Shown: positions 1-9,849 of the stretch, piece by piece
Layout of the letters: each line of letters starts with the position of its first letter
Position numbering within the stretch: position 1 is the first letter of the stretch
Assembly (NCBI GenBank): GCA_965223295.1
Contig: CBDCWC010000003.1
Span: forward strand, 1,760,001 to 1,824,000
Reading direction: 5' to 3'
Source: Nitrospirales bacterium
GTDB lineage: Bacteria; Nitrospirota; Nitrospiria; Nitrospirales; UBA8639
Length of the DNA stretch: 64,000 nucleotides
The notes under the pieces: model-generated
What the model saw: the letters and a program-made list of their open reading frames with translations, nothing else
Databases searched by the model: none
What the model was told of the DNA's origin: nothing
Translations under genes and position numbers: made by a program

Positions 1-3
1 TGG

Positions 4-3000
4 TTGTTAATTGAACAAGGAAAGCGGGAGGAAGGATTAGCCCAATTGAAACGAGGCGGCCTGGACACTCGGGATCTTGTGACCGCTCAGGTGCAAACTG
101 TTGATATCTTACTGCAGGAGAGACGTTTTCAAGAAGCCTATCGTGAAATTGAAAGGTTGTTAGAAGAAACTCCAAATGACAAGACTGTTCAGGTGAAACT
201 TGCTAACTATTATGTTCATCGGCGACGCCTGCCCCAGGCCCAGCGGCTCTATGAGACCTTATTGGGAACCTCGGTAGACAAAGAGAGCCGGATGGGATTG
301 GTGAACGTGGCATTAGCACGAGGCAATCTAGAATCGGCCACTCACTATCTTGCAGATCTTCACCAACAATTTCCTCAAGATCCGTATATCCAAAAACAAC
401 AGGTGTTGTTATGGGGACGAGAAGGACGTATTGATTCTGCGTACAGGGGACTCGCCCAGATGACGCTAGAACCTCTGCGTAAGTTGACTGAAGCAGAACT
501 CTTGAATGTCACGGGGCAGTACTATTCTGCCGAGTCGCAGTTTTCTGAGCTGGTGACTGAACAACCTGGTCATTATGCCGCCATGATGGGGTTGGCCTAT
601 GCCTATGTCGGGCAACATGATGACGCGAAAGCGGCTGAGGCTTTACATTCTGTACTGGAAAAATTTCCTGAAGATCTGGAAGCGCGGTTGGCGCTTGTCG
701 AGATTCTCACGTATCAGCGTCGTTGGGAAGCGGGAAGGGAAATGCTGTCACCGGTCCTTCAAGAAGAGCCTGATGTCCTAGAAGCTATCTATCTGGACTA
801 TCAATTGAATGACCGGGTTTCGTCTTCAGGAAAAAGGAGAGTCTCACCTTCCGCCCGTCATTGGTGGAACGATACTATTCATGACTCAGAAGAAGCTATT
901 CGAGCAAAACAACAATTAGCTCGATTTGAGGATCTGCATGGTATCCGTGAAGTTTCCGCTCCGTTTCTTCGGGAAGCCCCTCTGTCAACCTCTCTCTTAT
1001 CACAGTGGACTCGAGCCATGATTGTGACGGGCCGTTCACCAGAGGGTCTCAAACGTCTTCAGTCACATCAGGAGCAATCGAGCCAGGACGTGAGATTGTC
1101 CAGAGCGACATTTCATGCACATGAGGGAGAAGATTCCGATGCGATGGCCTTACTCGAAGATGTTTCTCCTACCGTCGAGAAAGGACACCTCTATCAACAA
1201 TTAGGGGACTGGGAGCAGGCAGAACAGACCTTCTCGGCTATTATCCAAAAAGATGCAAAACATACCAGAGCACACATTGGCAGAATCACCAGTTTAGCTA
1301 TGATCGGCGAGGAGTCAGCTGCACAAGATGCGTTGCAGCAACTCTTTGAAGAATGTCCGGAACAAGGCTGGCCGGCCCTGGCCGCGCTGTTGGTGTATGC
1401 AGAAGGCTCGAGTTCTTCATATCAATCCATGCTACAGACTGAATTCAACGCGCGAGGGTTAGATGATGAGCCTGAGAGTTTGGACACTCGATTACGGTAT
1501 TTGGCCTTGTTGAGCCGACAAAAGGAATATGCTGACGTTGTTCAGCAGTATCAGGCGCTGAATCGCGACAACCCTCAACGTCCGGACTTGGTTCTAGGGT
1601 TGGCTCGAAGTCTTTCGCAAGATCAGAATTCACGAGCCATGCATGAATCGCAGCCTGTTGTTGAGGCCTATGACCACTACCTGGCGTTAAAGCCGTATGA
1701 TGTGGCGGTGTGGACAGAAAAAGCGAGATATCTTGGATGGCAGTCCAAGTATTCTGAGGCAGAACGGGAGTATGAGGCAATCCTGGCGCAGTATCCCCAT
1801 GAAGACGTCGTGAGGTTAGAACTCGAAGGTAAGCAAAAGTTTTGGCGAAGACACGACCGCATGGCCTATCAACGATATCGGGAAGTGTTGGAGCTTCGCC
1901 CTCAACATGAAGAGGCTCTTAGTGACCTCGGCCAAATTCATAGCGCGGCATTTCGTTTTGAGGATGCTCGACCCTATTACCGAAGACTGCTGGCAGGAAA
2001 TCCCGGCCATCGGCTTGCGAGCGAATCGTTAGAACTAACAAACATTTTTGCCCCCCCTCAAATCACGGCAGGGATTGGGTACGTCAAGATGGATGGGTTT
2101 GATGGTTCATTGTTGACCAAATACATGCCCGTGACTGGCGAGGTGTTCGCCCCATTTTCACAAGATTTTTGGGCGGGAGTAGGCTATCAATGGGTGAAGT
2201 TTGATATACCTGGGAAACCTTCTTCGGCCAATATTGGGCGGGTCATGGCTAGATATTCGCCTTCGCCGTTTTGGCATATTGATGGCTATGTGGGTGGTTT
2301 GAAGTACTCAGGCACCAACAAATCCAATGTGAATTTTGGAGCAGGCGTGTCGTATGAATGGCAGTCGGGGTTGAAGGGCCGAATTGAAACGGGCAGGCAA
2401 GATCTTTGGCAGAACGCCGAGACGATTCGGCGAAACCTGTCGTATCATTCATATGCGGTAGGGGCAGAATACAACGTGACCAAAGAATTAGAACTAACCG
2501 CTGGAGCAGGCTTCTGGGATTATTCCGATGATAATTGGAACGTGAACGGACAATTTTCAGGCACGTATTCGTTGCTGCCGTTTCCTCATCCACTTCGGGT
2601 CACCTATCAACTGGACACATTTGGTTTTGATGAGAAGAGCGTCTATTTTTCTCCAGAGTTCTTTGCCAAAAATACCTTTGCGATCGGGTGGCAACATTTT
2701 CTTGGGTTCCCCCGTCGTAAGGAACATCACGGAGAGTCGCCCATGAGGAATCGATATTCCGGGACGGACATTGGACAATATTTGGGCTGGCCGATACGTC
2801 CCGTGTATTTGCCCAAGACAGCTTTAAATGCGTATTCATTGGATTATGGGTTCTCTGTTGATGATGAAAACAATCTCTATCATCAAGTGTCAGCGTCGTT
2901 TGCCTATGCGATCACCAAACGATGCCATCTCCATGCCGTTGGCATGATCATTCGGGCGGATGTGGTGGACCAGGATTCTGTGAATGGATTTTTGCAATGT

Positions 3001-3009
3001 CATTTATAA
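4..3009 (+). CDS. TPR-repeat protein with C-terminal outer-membrane beta-barrel (BcsC/PgaA-like exopolysaccharide export protein); probably 5'-truncated by the window edge
   Basis: Long TPR-like helical repeats followed by alternating aromatic beta-strands; directly upstream of a GH8 endoglucanase. Confidence 0.7.
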   Translation: MLIEQGKREEGLAQLKRGGLDTRDLVTAQVQTVDILLQERRFQEAYREIERLLEETPNDKTVQVKLANYYVHRRRLPQAQRLYETLLGTSVDKESRMGLVNVALARGNLESATHYLADLHQQFPQDPYIQKQQVLLWGREGRIDSAYRGLAQMTLEPLRKLTEAELLNVTGQYYSAESQFSELVTEQPGHYAAMMGLAYAYVGQHDDAKAAEALHSVLEKFPEDLEARLALVEILTYQRRWEAGREMLSPVLQEEPDVLEAIYLDYQLNDRVSSSGKRRVSPSARHWWNDTIHDSEEAIRAKQQLARFEDLHGIREVSAPFLREAPLSTSLLSQWTRAMIVTGRSPEGLKRLQSHQEQSSQDVRLSRATFHAHEGEDSDAMALLEDVSPTVEKGHLYQQLGDWEQAEQTFSAIIQKDAKHTRAHIGRITSLAMIGEESAAQDALQQLFEECPEQGWPALAALLVYAEGSSSSYQSMLQTEFNARGLDDEPESLDTRLRYLALLSRQKEYADVVQQYQALNRDNPQRPDLVLGLARSLSQDQNSRAMHESQPVVEAYDHYLALKPYDVAVWTEKARYLGWQSKYSEAEREYEAILAQYPHEDVVRLELEGKQKFWRRHDRMAYQRYREVLELRPQHEEALSDLGQIHSAAFRFEDARPYYRRLLAGNPGHRLASESLELTNIFAPPQITAGIGYVKMDGFDGSLLTKYMPVTGEVFAPFSQDFWAGVGYQWVKFDIPGKPSSANIGRVMARYSPSPFWHIDGYVGGLKYSGTNKSNVNFGAGVSYEWQSGLKGRIETGRQDLWQNAETIRRNLSYHSYAVGAEYNVTKELELTAGAGFWDYSDDNWNVNGQFSGTYSLLPFPHPLRVTYQLDTFGFDEKSVYFSPEFFAKNTFAIGWQHFLGFPRRKEHHGESPMRNRYSGTDIGQYLGWPIRPVYLPKTALNAYSLDYGFSVDDENNLYHQVSASFAYAITKRCHLHAVGMIIRADVVDQDSVNGFLQCHL

Positions 3010-3095
3010 CCGGGAGTCGCAACCTTTTCTGGTTGATATTGTAGCATGTGTTGGAGACAGATAGGTTCGTGTTCTCTCTGCTTGGGTGCGCTTGT

Positions 3096-3283
3096 GGGAG
3101 TGTTGAATAGTAAAGATATCAAACGCCATACTTCGCAATGGAGCCCTTGGCGTTCAACAGCGTCGGGTCTGTTCAAAAAAGTCCGTCCAGCAAGGCCACA
3201 GCCATTTTCGCGCGTGGAGCGTACTGGTCCTACGTGAGCACGGAAAAAGGGCGAAAACGCTGGCGGCTTTTTTCAACAGACCC
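3096..3283 (+). mobile_element. MITE-like repeat, copy 1 (subfamily A)
   Basis: Homologous to four other copies; ends GGGAGTGTTGAA...TTCAACAGACCC; flanked by CTTGT/CTTGT. Confidence 0.85.
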
Positions 3284-3284
3284 C

Positions 3285-4532
3285 TTGTCTATTGTTGCCT
3301 ATCTCAGAACGTTGTGGTTTTTTCTGCTTCTCTTGACTTTTTTGGTGTTGACTAGCTGCCACTCGTCACGACCTATGCTGCCGATTAACACTTTGATTCC
3401 CTTGGCTTGGGAAGGCTATCAACAGCGGTTTATTAATGCTGATGGACGAGTGTTCCGGCCGTTCAATCAAGACGATACGGTGTCTGAGGGACAGGCCTAT
3501 GCATTGCTGATGGCGGTGGTGTTGGATGATCGTCAGACGTTCGACCGTGTATTGAATTGGACGACCACACATCTCTCTAGATACCAAAAATTTGGTGATC
3601 ATCTTTTAGCGTGGCATTGGGAAGTGGAGAAGGGTGTGACGGATTGGAACAGCGCATCTGATGCGGAAGTGGATTTGGCGTTGGCGCTGCTCTTAGCATG
3701 TGCACGCTGGGAGGATGAAACGTATCGTACGCAGGCTTTCCTTCTTCTCCAAGATATTCTGGACCTAGAGACCGAAGTTATTATTGGCGATGAACGGTAT
3801 CTCATGCCGGGTAATTGGCGTTTGGGTCACAAGATTCATCTACTGAATCCATCGTATTTTTCTCCTGCGCACTTTCGGTTGTTTTATCAGGTCACTGGTG
3901 ATGAACGGTGGAACGAGCTTCTTCGGAGTACCTATGCCTTTTTGCATCGATTACCGCTTCAGGAGATTGTCCCGGTTCGGGCTGGGTTAGTTCCAGATTG
4001 GATCGGTATTGATCCCCAAGGTAACCTAAAAATTACTGAAGGATTTTCTCAACATGTCACTTGGGATGCAGTGCGAATGCCATGGCGGGTTTCCCTTGAT
4101 GTGTTATGGGGGCAAGGACCGTGTGGCCATGATACGGTCTCAGGTTTGGAGCATATACGGAGCATCACGGACTTTTTGGCTCAAGAATGGGATGAACGGG
4201 AAGGTCAATTTTTTCTGGAATACGGTCTCGATGGGAACCCCATCAAATTTGAAGAACAGGTAGGTGCGTATGCGATGGCTTTGCCAGCGTTACAGAGCTT
4301 GCAGTCGAGTCTTACTACAGGAGTCATGAACAAGATACAAGCATTGTTTTATGAGGAGGGGCAATATTTTCAGAATGCCCAGGATTACTATCAAAATAGT
4401 TTAAGTCTCTTAGGCCTTTTGTCCCTTCAATCAGCCAGTACTCAGGGCTTGCCCTCTTTAGTTCATGAACTCCAGAACTATACTCAGAATGACATCACAC
4501 TCTGTGCCAGCCGGACGAACTCTTTACGGTAG
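3285..4532 (+). CDS. bcsZ: Glycoside hydrolase family 8 endoglucanase (BcsZ-like), probable lipoprotein; start uncertain (TTG 3285, or ATG 3138 inside the repeat)
   Basis: GH8 motifs TVSEGQAY, NSASDAE, LNPSY, WDAVR; lipobox-like LVLTSC. Confidence 0.85.
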   Translation: MSIVAYLRTLWFFLLLLTFLVLTSCHSSRPMLPINTLIPLAWEGYQQRFINADGRVFRPFNQDDTVSEGQAYALLMAVVLDDRQTFDRVLNWTTTHLSRYQKFGDHLLAWHWEVEKGVTDWNSASDAEVDLALALLLACARWEDETYRTQAFLLLQDILDLETEVIIGDERYLMPGNWRLGHKIHLLNPSYFSPAHFRLFYQVTGDERWNELLRSTYAFLHRLPLQEIVPVRAGLVPDWIGIDPQGNLKITEGFSQHVTWDAVRMPWRVSLDVLWGQGPCGHDTVSGLEHIRSITDFLAQEWDEREGQFFLEYGLDGNPIKFEEQVGAYAMALPALQSLQSSLTTGVMNKIQALFYEEGQYFQNAQDYYQNSLSLLGLLSLQSASTQGLPSLVHELQNYTQNDITLCASRTNSLR

Positions 4533-4580
4533 GCCAAAACCTTTCCTGCGTCCTACAGGTTCTCTCACAATCCTAAGAGG

Positions 4581-5564
4581 TCATGGTTTTCGAGCGAGCG
4601 CCAGGCTGATGAGTTGGTCGGGGTCGGTATACCATTTGACCAATTCAAATCCTGCGGTGTTGAGGAGATTCTCAGTCAAGGGGCGATCATACTTAGTGCT
4701 AAGTTCGGTACGAATTTCTTCGTCTTTTTTGAGCAGCACAAAGAGGTCAAGTTCTGGGATATCAAGGGTCTGTTCCTGGGTTGATCGTAACCACATTTCA
4801 ATCCGATGTGCATCTGAGTTGTAGCGCGCAACATGCTCGAAATTGTCTGGGTTGCATTGGGCGCCCAGTTGGGTCTGTAGGACTCGAAGAATATTTTTAT
4901 TGAATCTTGCCGTAATACCCTTTTGATCATTATAGGCGGCTTCTAATCGGGCAGAGTCGGTGATGAGTTGTACTCCTAATAGGAAATAATCCCCTGAGGC
5001 CATTTCGGTGTTCACCGCCGTAAGAAAATCTTCAGCAGCGAGAGTTGGGAGATTGCCGATGGTCCCTCCCAAAATTACGACTAGCCGTTTACCGCCTTCA
5101 GGAATATGTTCAAGGTGAACTAAAAAGTCTCCCGCGACACCATGGACCTGAAGCCCAGGATATTCCTTCACAAGTTCTTCGGAGACGCGGCGCACAATGG
5201 TTTCATCCACATCAAATGGAATGAAATGCCGGAGTTGGCCCACCTCGGTCATCGCGTCTAGCAAGACGCGGGTTTTGGTTGCGGCCCCTGATCCCAATTC
5301 AACAAGTTCCTCGGCTCCACTCAGGGCAACGATTTCATCAGCCCACCTGACTAGCAATTGGTGCTCAGTCCGTGTTTGATAATATTCCGGCAATTCGCAA
5401 ATTTGTTCGAAGAGCGTCGAACCCCGTTCATCGTAGAAAAGTTTTGATGGCAAGGTTCTTGGATTGGCAAGGAGGCCTGTTTTGACGAGATCCCCCAATG
5501 TCTCGGGTTTTTCTCTCGTGATGGGTACGTCGATCGTAATTGATGCCTCGGTTTTTGAATCCAT
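4581..5564 (-). CDS. egtD: L-histidine N-alpha-trimethyltransferase (hercynine synthase)
   Basis: PSKLFYDERGS..LPEYYQTRTE, LVELGSG, GGTIGN, AAYND..GITARFN, IRTELSTKY. Confidence 0.92.
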   Translation of the reverse strand: MDSKTEASITIDVPITREKPETLGDLVKTGLLANPRTLPSKLFYDERGSTLFEQICELPEYYQTRTEHQLLVRWADEIVALSGAEELVELGSGAATKTRVLLDAMTEVGQLRHFIPFDVDETIVRRVSEELVKEYPGLQVHGVAGDFLVHLEHIPEGGKRLVVILGGTIGNLPTLAAEDFLTAVNTEMASGDYFLLGVQLITDSARLEAAYNDQKGITARFNKNILRVLQTQLGAQCNPDNFEHVARYNSDAHRIEMWLRSTQEQTLDIPELDLFVLLKKDEEIRTELSTKYDRPLTENLLNTAGFELVKWYTDPDQLISLALARKP

Positions 5565-5836
5565 ACATTCCTCCCTGGTTCGAGAACAACCGAATCTAGT
5601 GAGATAAATATTTCTGTTAACGGCTTGTGATGAACGTGTTATGTACGTTCAGATGTTGATAAGCAGATTCCTTCTTAATACAAAGGAAAAGCGAATGAGA
5701 TTGGAATAGGGAAGAATGAAATAGGAAATGATGGGAACACTATACTGGGCATGATCCATGGATGCAACCGACAATCATGATATGACCACTCAAATAATAA
5801 GACAGATGAATCGTAAAAACGTGAATGGTTGCTGGG

Positions 5837-7441
5837 TTATCGTGTCGATTCCAAACCTCTGGGTCTGACCCATCGTTCGATCCAACCGAGGAGGCTATCA
5901 ACAAGTAATGCCAGGATTGTGGCTGGCAAGGCTCCAGACAGAATCACATGGACATTGGCTAGTTGGAGGCCTGAAACAATGGGGACTCCTAATCCTCCAG
6001 CTCCAATGAATGCGGCGAGGGTGGCCGTTCCGACGGTCCATATGGCGGCAGTTCGAATGCCAGCCATGATGGTGGGGGCCGCCAGTGGCAGGCGCACTGA
6101 TCGTAAAATTTGCCATTCTGTCATGCCAAGGGCCCGACCGGTCTCGACGACCGATGGGGCCGCATCGCGCAGACCTGAAAAGGTATTGCGCACGATGGGG
6201 TAGAGAGAATAGATCCACAGGGCCATGATGGCGGGGAGGGTTCCGACGCCAAACAGTGGAATCATAAAGGCTAACAAGGCTATGGAGGGAATGGTTTGTG
6301 ACATGCCGATGAGACGGATCATCGTTTCTGCGCCTGTTCGCCACCGCTCCAGTAGAAACGCAAGGGGGATGGCGAGCAGAATGCCAAGCAATAGTCCCAA
6401 GCCAGCCAATCCCATATGTTCTCCTGTGCGAACCAGCAATGTTGTTCGTTGTTCCCATAGATAAGTCAAGAATGATGAGGAGCTCTTTGTCGTTGACGTT
6501 GTTGGCCGCTGTGTTTCTTTGACGAGGTGGAGAGTTTGCAAGGCGTCAGAGGCCACGTGGGGTATGGGTTCACCCTGTTCTTGGATTCGGAGATTCAATT
6601 CACGCATCCGTGCTGGGTTGAGGGCATGAGTCAGTTCGCTCAGCACTAGGGCTAATTCAGGATGTTCGGTTAATGTTTCGCCCCGCACGAGTGCGGTGGC
6701 CTCATAGGGCGGAAAAAATCGGAGATCGTCTTCTAAGACAATAAAATCATATGCGGCCAAACGACCGTCGGTTGTGTAGACATCCAGCACATCAATGTCT
6801 CCATTCTTTGTGGCTTGGTATTTCAGGGATTGTTGCATTCCTACGACTTCATGAAACTTCAGTCCATATCGTTGTCGCAGTCCTGGCAAGCCGTCAGCCC
6901 GTTGGATAAATTCGTAGCCAAACCCGGCTTTCAATGTTGGAGAAACCTTCACTAAATCCGTAATCGTGCGGATACCCAAGGCTTGTGCGTGATCTCGTCT
7001 GAGAGCCAGTGCATAGGAATTCTCAAATCCCAATGGTGCCAGCCATCTTATATCCCACCGTGCCCGAAATTCACTTCGTACTCGGTTCAAGACAGCCGCT
7101 GGATCGTGCATAGCTTCTTCCCCAAGAATGGTGACGAGACCTGTGCCGGTGTATTCTGGGTACAGATCAATGCCGCCGGTGGTTAGTGCTTCAAAGCATA
7201 TTTGTGTGCCGGCCATTCCAAATCGTCGTTCTACCGTTAAGGTCGTTTGGGTTTCGATCAATTGTGCGAACATTTCTGCGAGAAGTCGATTTTCTAGAAA
7301 ATTTTTTGAACCCACAATGATGGTCGTTTGAACTCCAGACCAGGAAGCTGTGTGATACATCAAGAGCAGTGAGAGAGCGAAAATGCCTCCCGCGATCCAT
7401 TTTACAAACGACGAGTTTGGAGAACAAGAAACATTCAGCAT
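5837..7441 (-). CDS. Betaine-family (OpuBC/EgtU-like) ABC transporter, substrate-binding domain fused N-terminally to a permease
   Basis: SBP motifs GSKNFLE, YPEYTGT, EFIQRADG, YTTDG, FFPPY; permease motifs QTIPSIALL, FIGAGGLG; start placed at the ATG just after the ATPase stop. Confidence 0.88.
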   Translation of the reverse strand: MLNVSCSPNSSFVKWIAGGIFALSLLLMYHTASWSGVQTTIIVGSKNFLENRLLAEMFAQLIETQTTLTVERRFGMAGTQICFEALTTGGIDLYPEYTGTGLVTILGEEAMHDPAAVLNRVRSEFRARWDIRWLAPLGFENSYALALRRDHAQALGIRTITDLVKVSPTLKAGFGYEFIQRADGLPGLRQRYGLKFHEVVGMQQSLKYQATKNGDIDVLDVYTTDGRLAAYDFIVLEDDLRFFPPYEATALVRGETLTEHPELALVLSELTHALNPARMRELNLRIQEQGEPIPHVASDALQTLHLVKETQRPTTSTTKSSSSFLTYLWEQRTTLLVRTGEHMGLAGLGLLLGILLAIPLAFLLERWRTGAETMIRLIGMSQTIPSIALLAFMIPLFGVGTLPAIMALWIYSLYPIVRNTFSGLRDAAPSVVETGRALGMTEWQILRSVRLPLAAPTIMAGIRTAAIWTVGTATLAAFIGAGGLGVPIVSGLQLANVHVILSGALPATILALLVDSLLGWIERWVRPRGLESTR

Positions 7442-7451
7442 GGCAGTCTGG

Positions 7452-8195
7452 TCATTGAGATTGGTGTTGAAGCAGCGTTGCCACATACGGGGTGGCTGGA
7501 GAAGCCATGAGTTCTTGTGCCGTGCCAATCTGATGAATGTACCCATCTTTCAGCACCGTAATACGATCACCGAGGCGAAAAGCTTCGGACATATCATGAG
7601 TAATCAAAGCCATGGTTTTGTGAAGGCGAGTTTTGAGAGCCAGAAACTGTTCGTGTAATTCCCGGCGTGTGATGGGGTCTAAGGCACTGAAGGGTTCGTC
7701 TAAAAGGACGATGGGCGGGTCTGCTGCTAGGGCTCTGGCGACGGCGACCCGTTGGCGTTGTCCGCCGGATAGTTCAATAGGATAGCGGTCAGCTATGTGT
7801 GCCGGATCCAGGTTGACCAATGGGAGCAAGGTATTCAGGCGTTGTTCTTGTTGCTCAACGGGCCATTCTAATAGTTGCGGAACTAAACAAACATTGTGCC
7901 TGATGGTCCAATGAGGCAACAGACCACCGTCTTGAGGTATGTATCCCAGTCGGCGTCGCAGGGTGATTGGGTTGTGATCGGTTGCAGGTTGCCCCTGAAT
8001 ATAGACTTCGCCGGACGTTGGATCTACGAGACGGTTGAGTAAACGCAGCATGGTCGTTTTTCCTGACCCACTTTCTCCAATAAGTGCCATCGTTTCACCT
8101 TGTTTCACCTCCCAGTCGATATCGTGGAGTGCATAGGTGCCGTCGGGAAATCGTTTGCTCACGCGTTGGAGTATGAGGTCACAGCTTTGTGTCAT
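7452..8195 (-). CDS. ABC transporter ATP-binding subunit (OpuBA/OsmV-like)
   Basis: Walker A GESGSGKT, signature LSGGQ, Walker B LLDEPFSALD. Confidence 0.9.
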   Translation of the reverse strand: MTQSCDLILQRVSKRFPDGTYALHDIDWEVKQGETMALIGESGSGKTTMLRLLNRLVDPTSGEVYIQGQPATDHNPITLRRRLGYIPQDGGLLPHWTIRHNVCLVPQLLEWPVEQQEQRLNTLLPLVNLDPAHIADRYPIELSGGQRQRVAVARALAADPPIVLLDEPFSALDPITRRELHEQFLALKTRLHKTMALITHDMSEAFRLGDRITVLKDGYIHQIGTAQELMASPATPYVATLLQHQSQ

Positions 8196-8495
8196 AGAAA
8201 GTTCAGACGTGAGTGCAAGGAGAAGTTTCTCAGGCAACTACCGTCTTCAAGCACCGATTGAGAGTTCTACGGTCATAGATGGATTGTTGCCAGGATAGCA
8301 GGGAACGCGAATGGTGGCTAGCAAAAGAAGAGAGGCCAAGGTCCTGAATGATGTGAGGCGCAGAGGACTGAATTTTCTTGAACTCACGGGAAAAACTTTT
8401 GGATCGGCAGTGTTTTCGCTATACTATGGACAGCTCCATGCGGAGCTTTTTTTATTGGCGCCAACGATGAGTCTTTTTTCGTTCCGTTTTTATGA

Positions 8496-9725
8496 ATGAG
8501 GTCAAGCATGCTGACACAATGTTCCAGTCTTCAACAGGAATTAGAACAAGCCCGTAGCCTGACAGACCGACTTTTTGCCATGGTGAGTCCAAGGGCAGTA
8601 TATGCCCGTCCGATTCCTGAACGCCATCGATTGATATTTTACCTAGGTCATCTCGAAGCCTTTGATTGGAATCAATTGTGTCGCTGGACATTGGGTAAGC
8701 CGTCTTTTCATTCTTCATTTGACCAACTATTTGAAGCGGGTATTGATCCAGCAGTGGGTACTGCATCCACCGATATGCCTTCTGATTGGCCAACAGTTAA
8801 GGAAGTGCAAGGGTATAATTTTCGAGTCCGACAAGAAGTGGATCGGGTTTTAGAGCAGGTGTCTGATGAGATGATTCATGTGATTATTGAACATCGTCTC
8901 ATGCATGTTGAAACAACGGCTTACTTGTTGCAACACCTAGATTTTACTGAGAAACAAGACCCATTCTCATCACGGCTATCTTACGACGACCATCTTCCTA
9001 CAGAAGAGATGGTGAAGATTCCGGAAGGATGTGCTCGTTTAGGTCGTTGTAAGGAGGAGGGGTTTGGTTGGGATAATGAATTTAATAACCATGAAGTGTT
9101 TGTTCCAGAGTTTGCGATTAGCCGATATAAAATTACCAACGCCCAATACCAGGCATTTGTAAAAGCGGGTGGGGAGCCGCCTGCCCTCTGGAAGCGTCAA
9201 GGCCAAAATTGGTTTTTAAGGACAATGTTTTGTGATGTTCCTTTGCCTCTTTCTTGGCCGGTCTATGTGACTCGGCAACAGGCTCAGGCTTATGCCACAT
9301 GGAAGGGATGGTCTCTCCCAACCGAAGCGCAATTTCATCGTGCAGCTTATGGAACTCCTGTCGGAATTGAGCAAGAATTTCCCTGGGGTGATTGGGCAGT
9401 TCGCCGGGACTATGGCAATTTCGATTGTCATGCTTGGGATCCCGTCCCGGTCACGGAACACCCACAAGGAGCCAGCGCGTTTGGCGTTGCACAAATGGTT
9501 GGAAATGGTTGGGAATGGACATCGACGTTGTTCCGCCCATTTGAAGGGTTCAACCCTCTCCCGACCTATCCTGGATATTCTGCACGGTTTTTTGACCAGG
9601 ACCATTATGTGGTGAAAGGTGGTGGGCCTCAAACCGCCAGAACATTATTGCGGCGCTCGTTTCGAAATTGGTTCCGTCAGGATTATCCCTATGCCCACAC
9701 TGGGTTTCGTTGTGTGAAAAATTAG
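8496..9725 (+). CDS. egtB: Non-heme iron sulfoxide synthase, EgtB/Egt1/OvoA family (DinB_2 plus FGE-sulfatase domains)
   Basis: IFYLGH, HRLMHVE iron-binding motif, FGWDNE, LPTEAQF, GNGWEWT, RRSFRNWF; divergent from egtD. Confidence 0.8.
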   Translation: MRSSMLTQCSSLQQELEQARSLTDRLFAMVSPRAVYARPIPERHRLIFYLGHLEAFDWNQLCRWTLGKPSFHSSFDQLFEAGIDPAVGTASTDMPSDWPTVKEVQGYNFRVRQEVDRVLEQVSDEMIHVIIEHRLMHVETTAYLLQHLDFTEKQDPFSSRLSYDDHLPTEEMVKIPEGCARLGRCKEEGFGWDNEFNNHEVFVPEFAISRYKITNAQYQAFVKAGGEPPALWKRQGQNWFLRTMFCDVPLPLSWPVYVTRQQAQAYATWKGWSLPTEAQFHRAAYGTPVGIEQEFPWGDWAVRRDYGNFDCHAWDPVPVTEHPQGASAFGVAQMVGNGWEWTSTLFRPFEGFNPLPTYPGYSARFFDQDHYVVKGGGPQTARTLLRRSFRNWFRQDYPYAHTGFRCVKN

Positions 9726-9849
9726 ATTGCCTTCTCAGCTTTCTTGAGATTGGGCAAGCATTGGGAGTTGACTGTACATACCGTGTCTGGATGGTCTGAC
9801 GGCTCCCGAATTCTCTAAGTGAGTTCTCTGCCATCTTCTTTTCTCAATC

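Noticed and set aside
3046-3237. Short ORFs overlapping the repeat copies (also 23231-23452, 25021-25209, 25157-25339, 55581-55871)
   Set aside because: They are translations of the repeat in inconsistent frames and strands, not a conserved peptide gene.
8496-9725. Selenoneine synthase SenA or OvoA assignment
   Set aside because: No senB or selD neighbours and no fused C-terminal methyltransferase.
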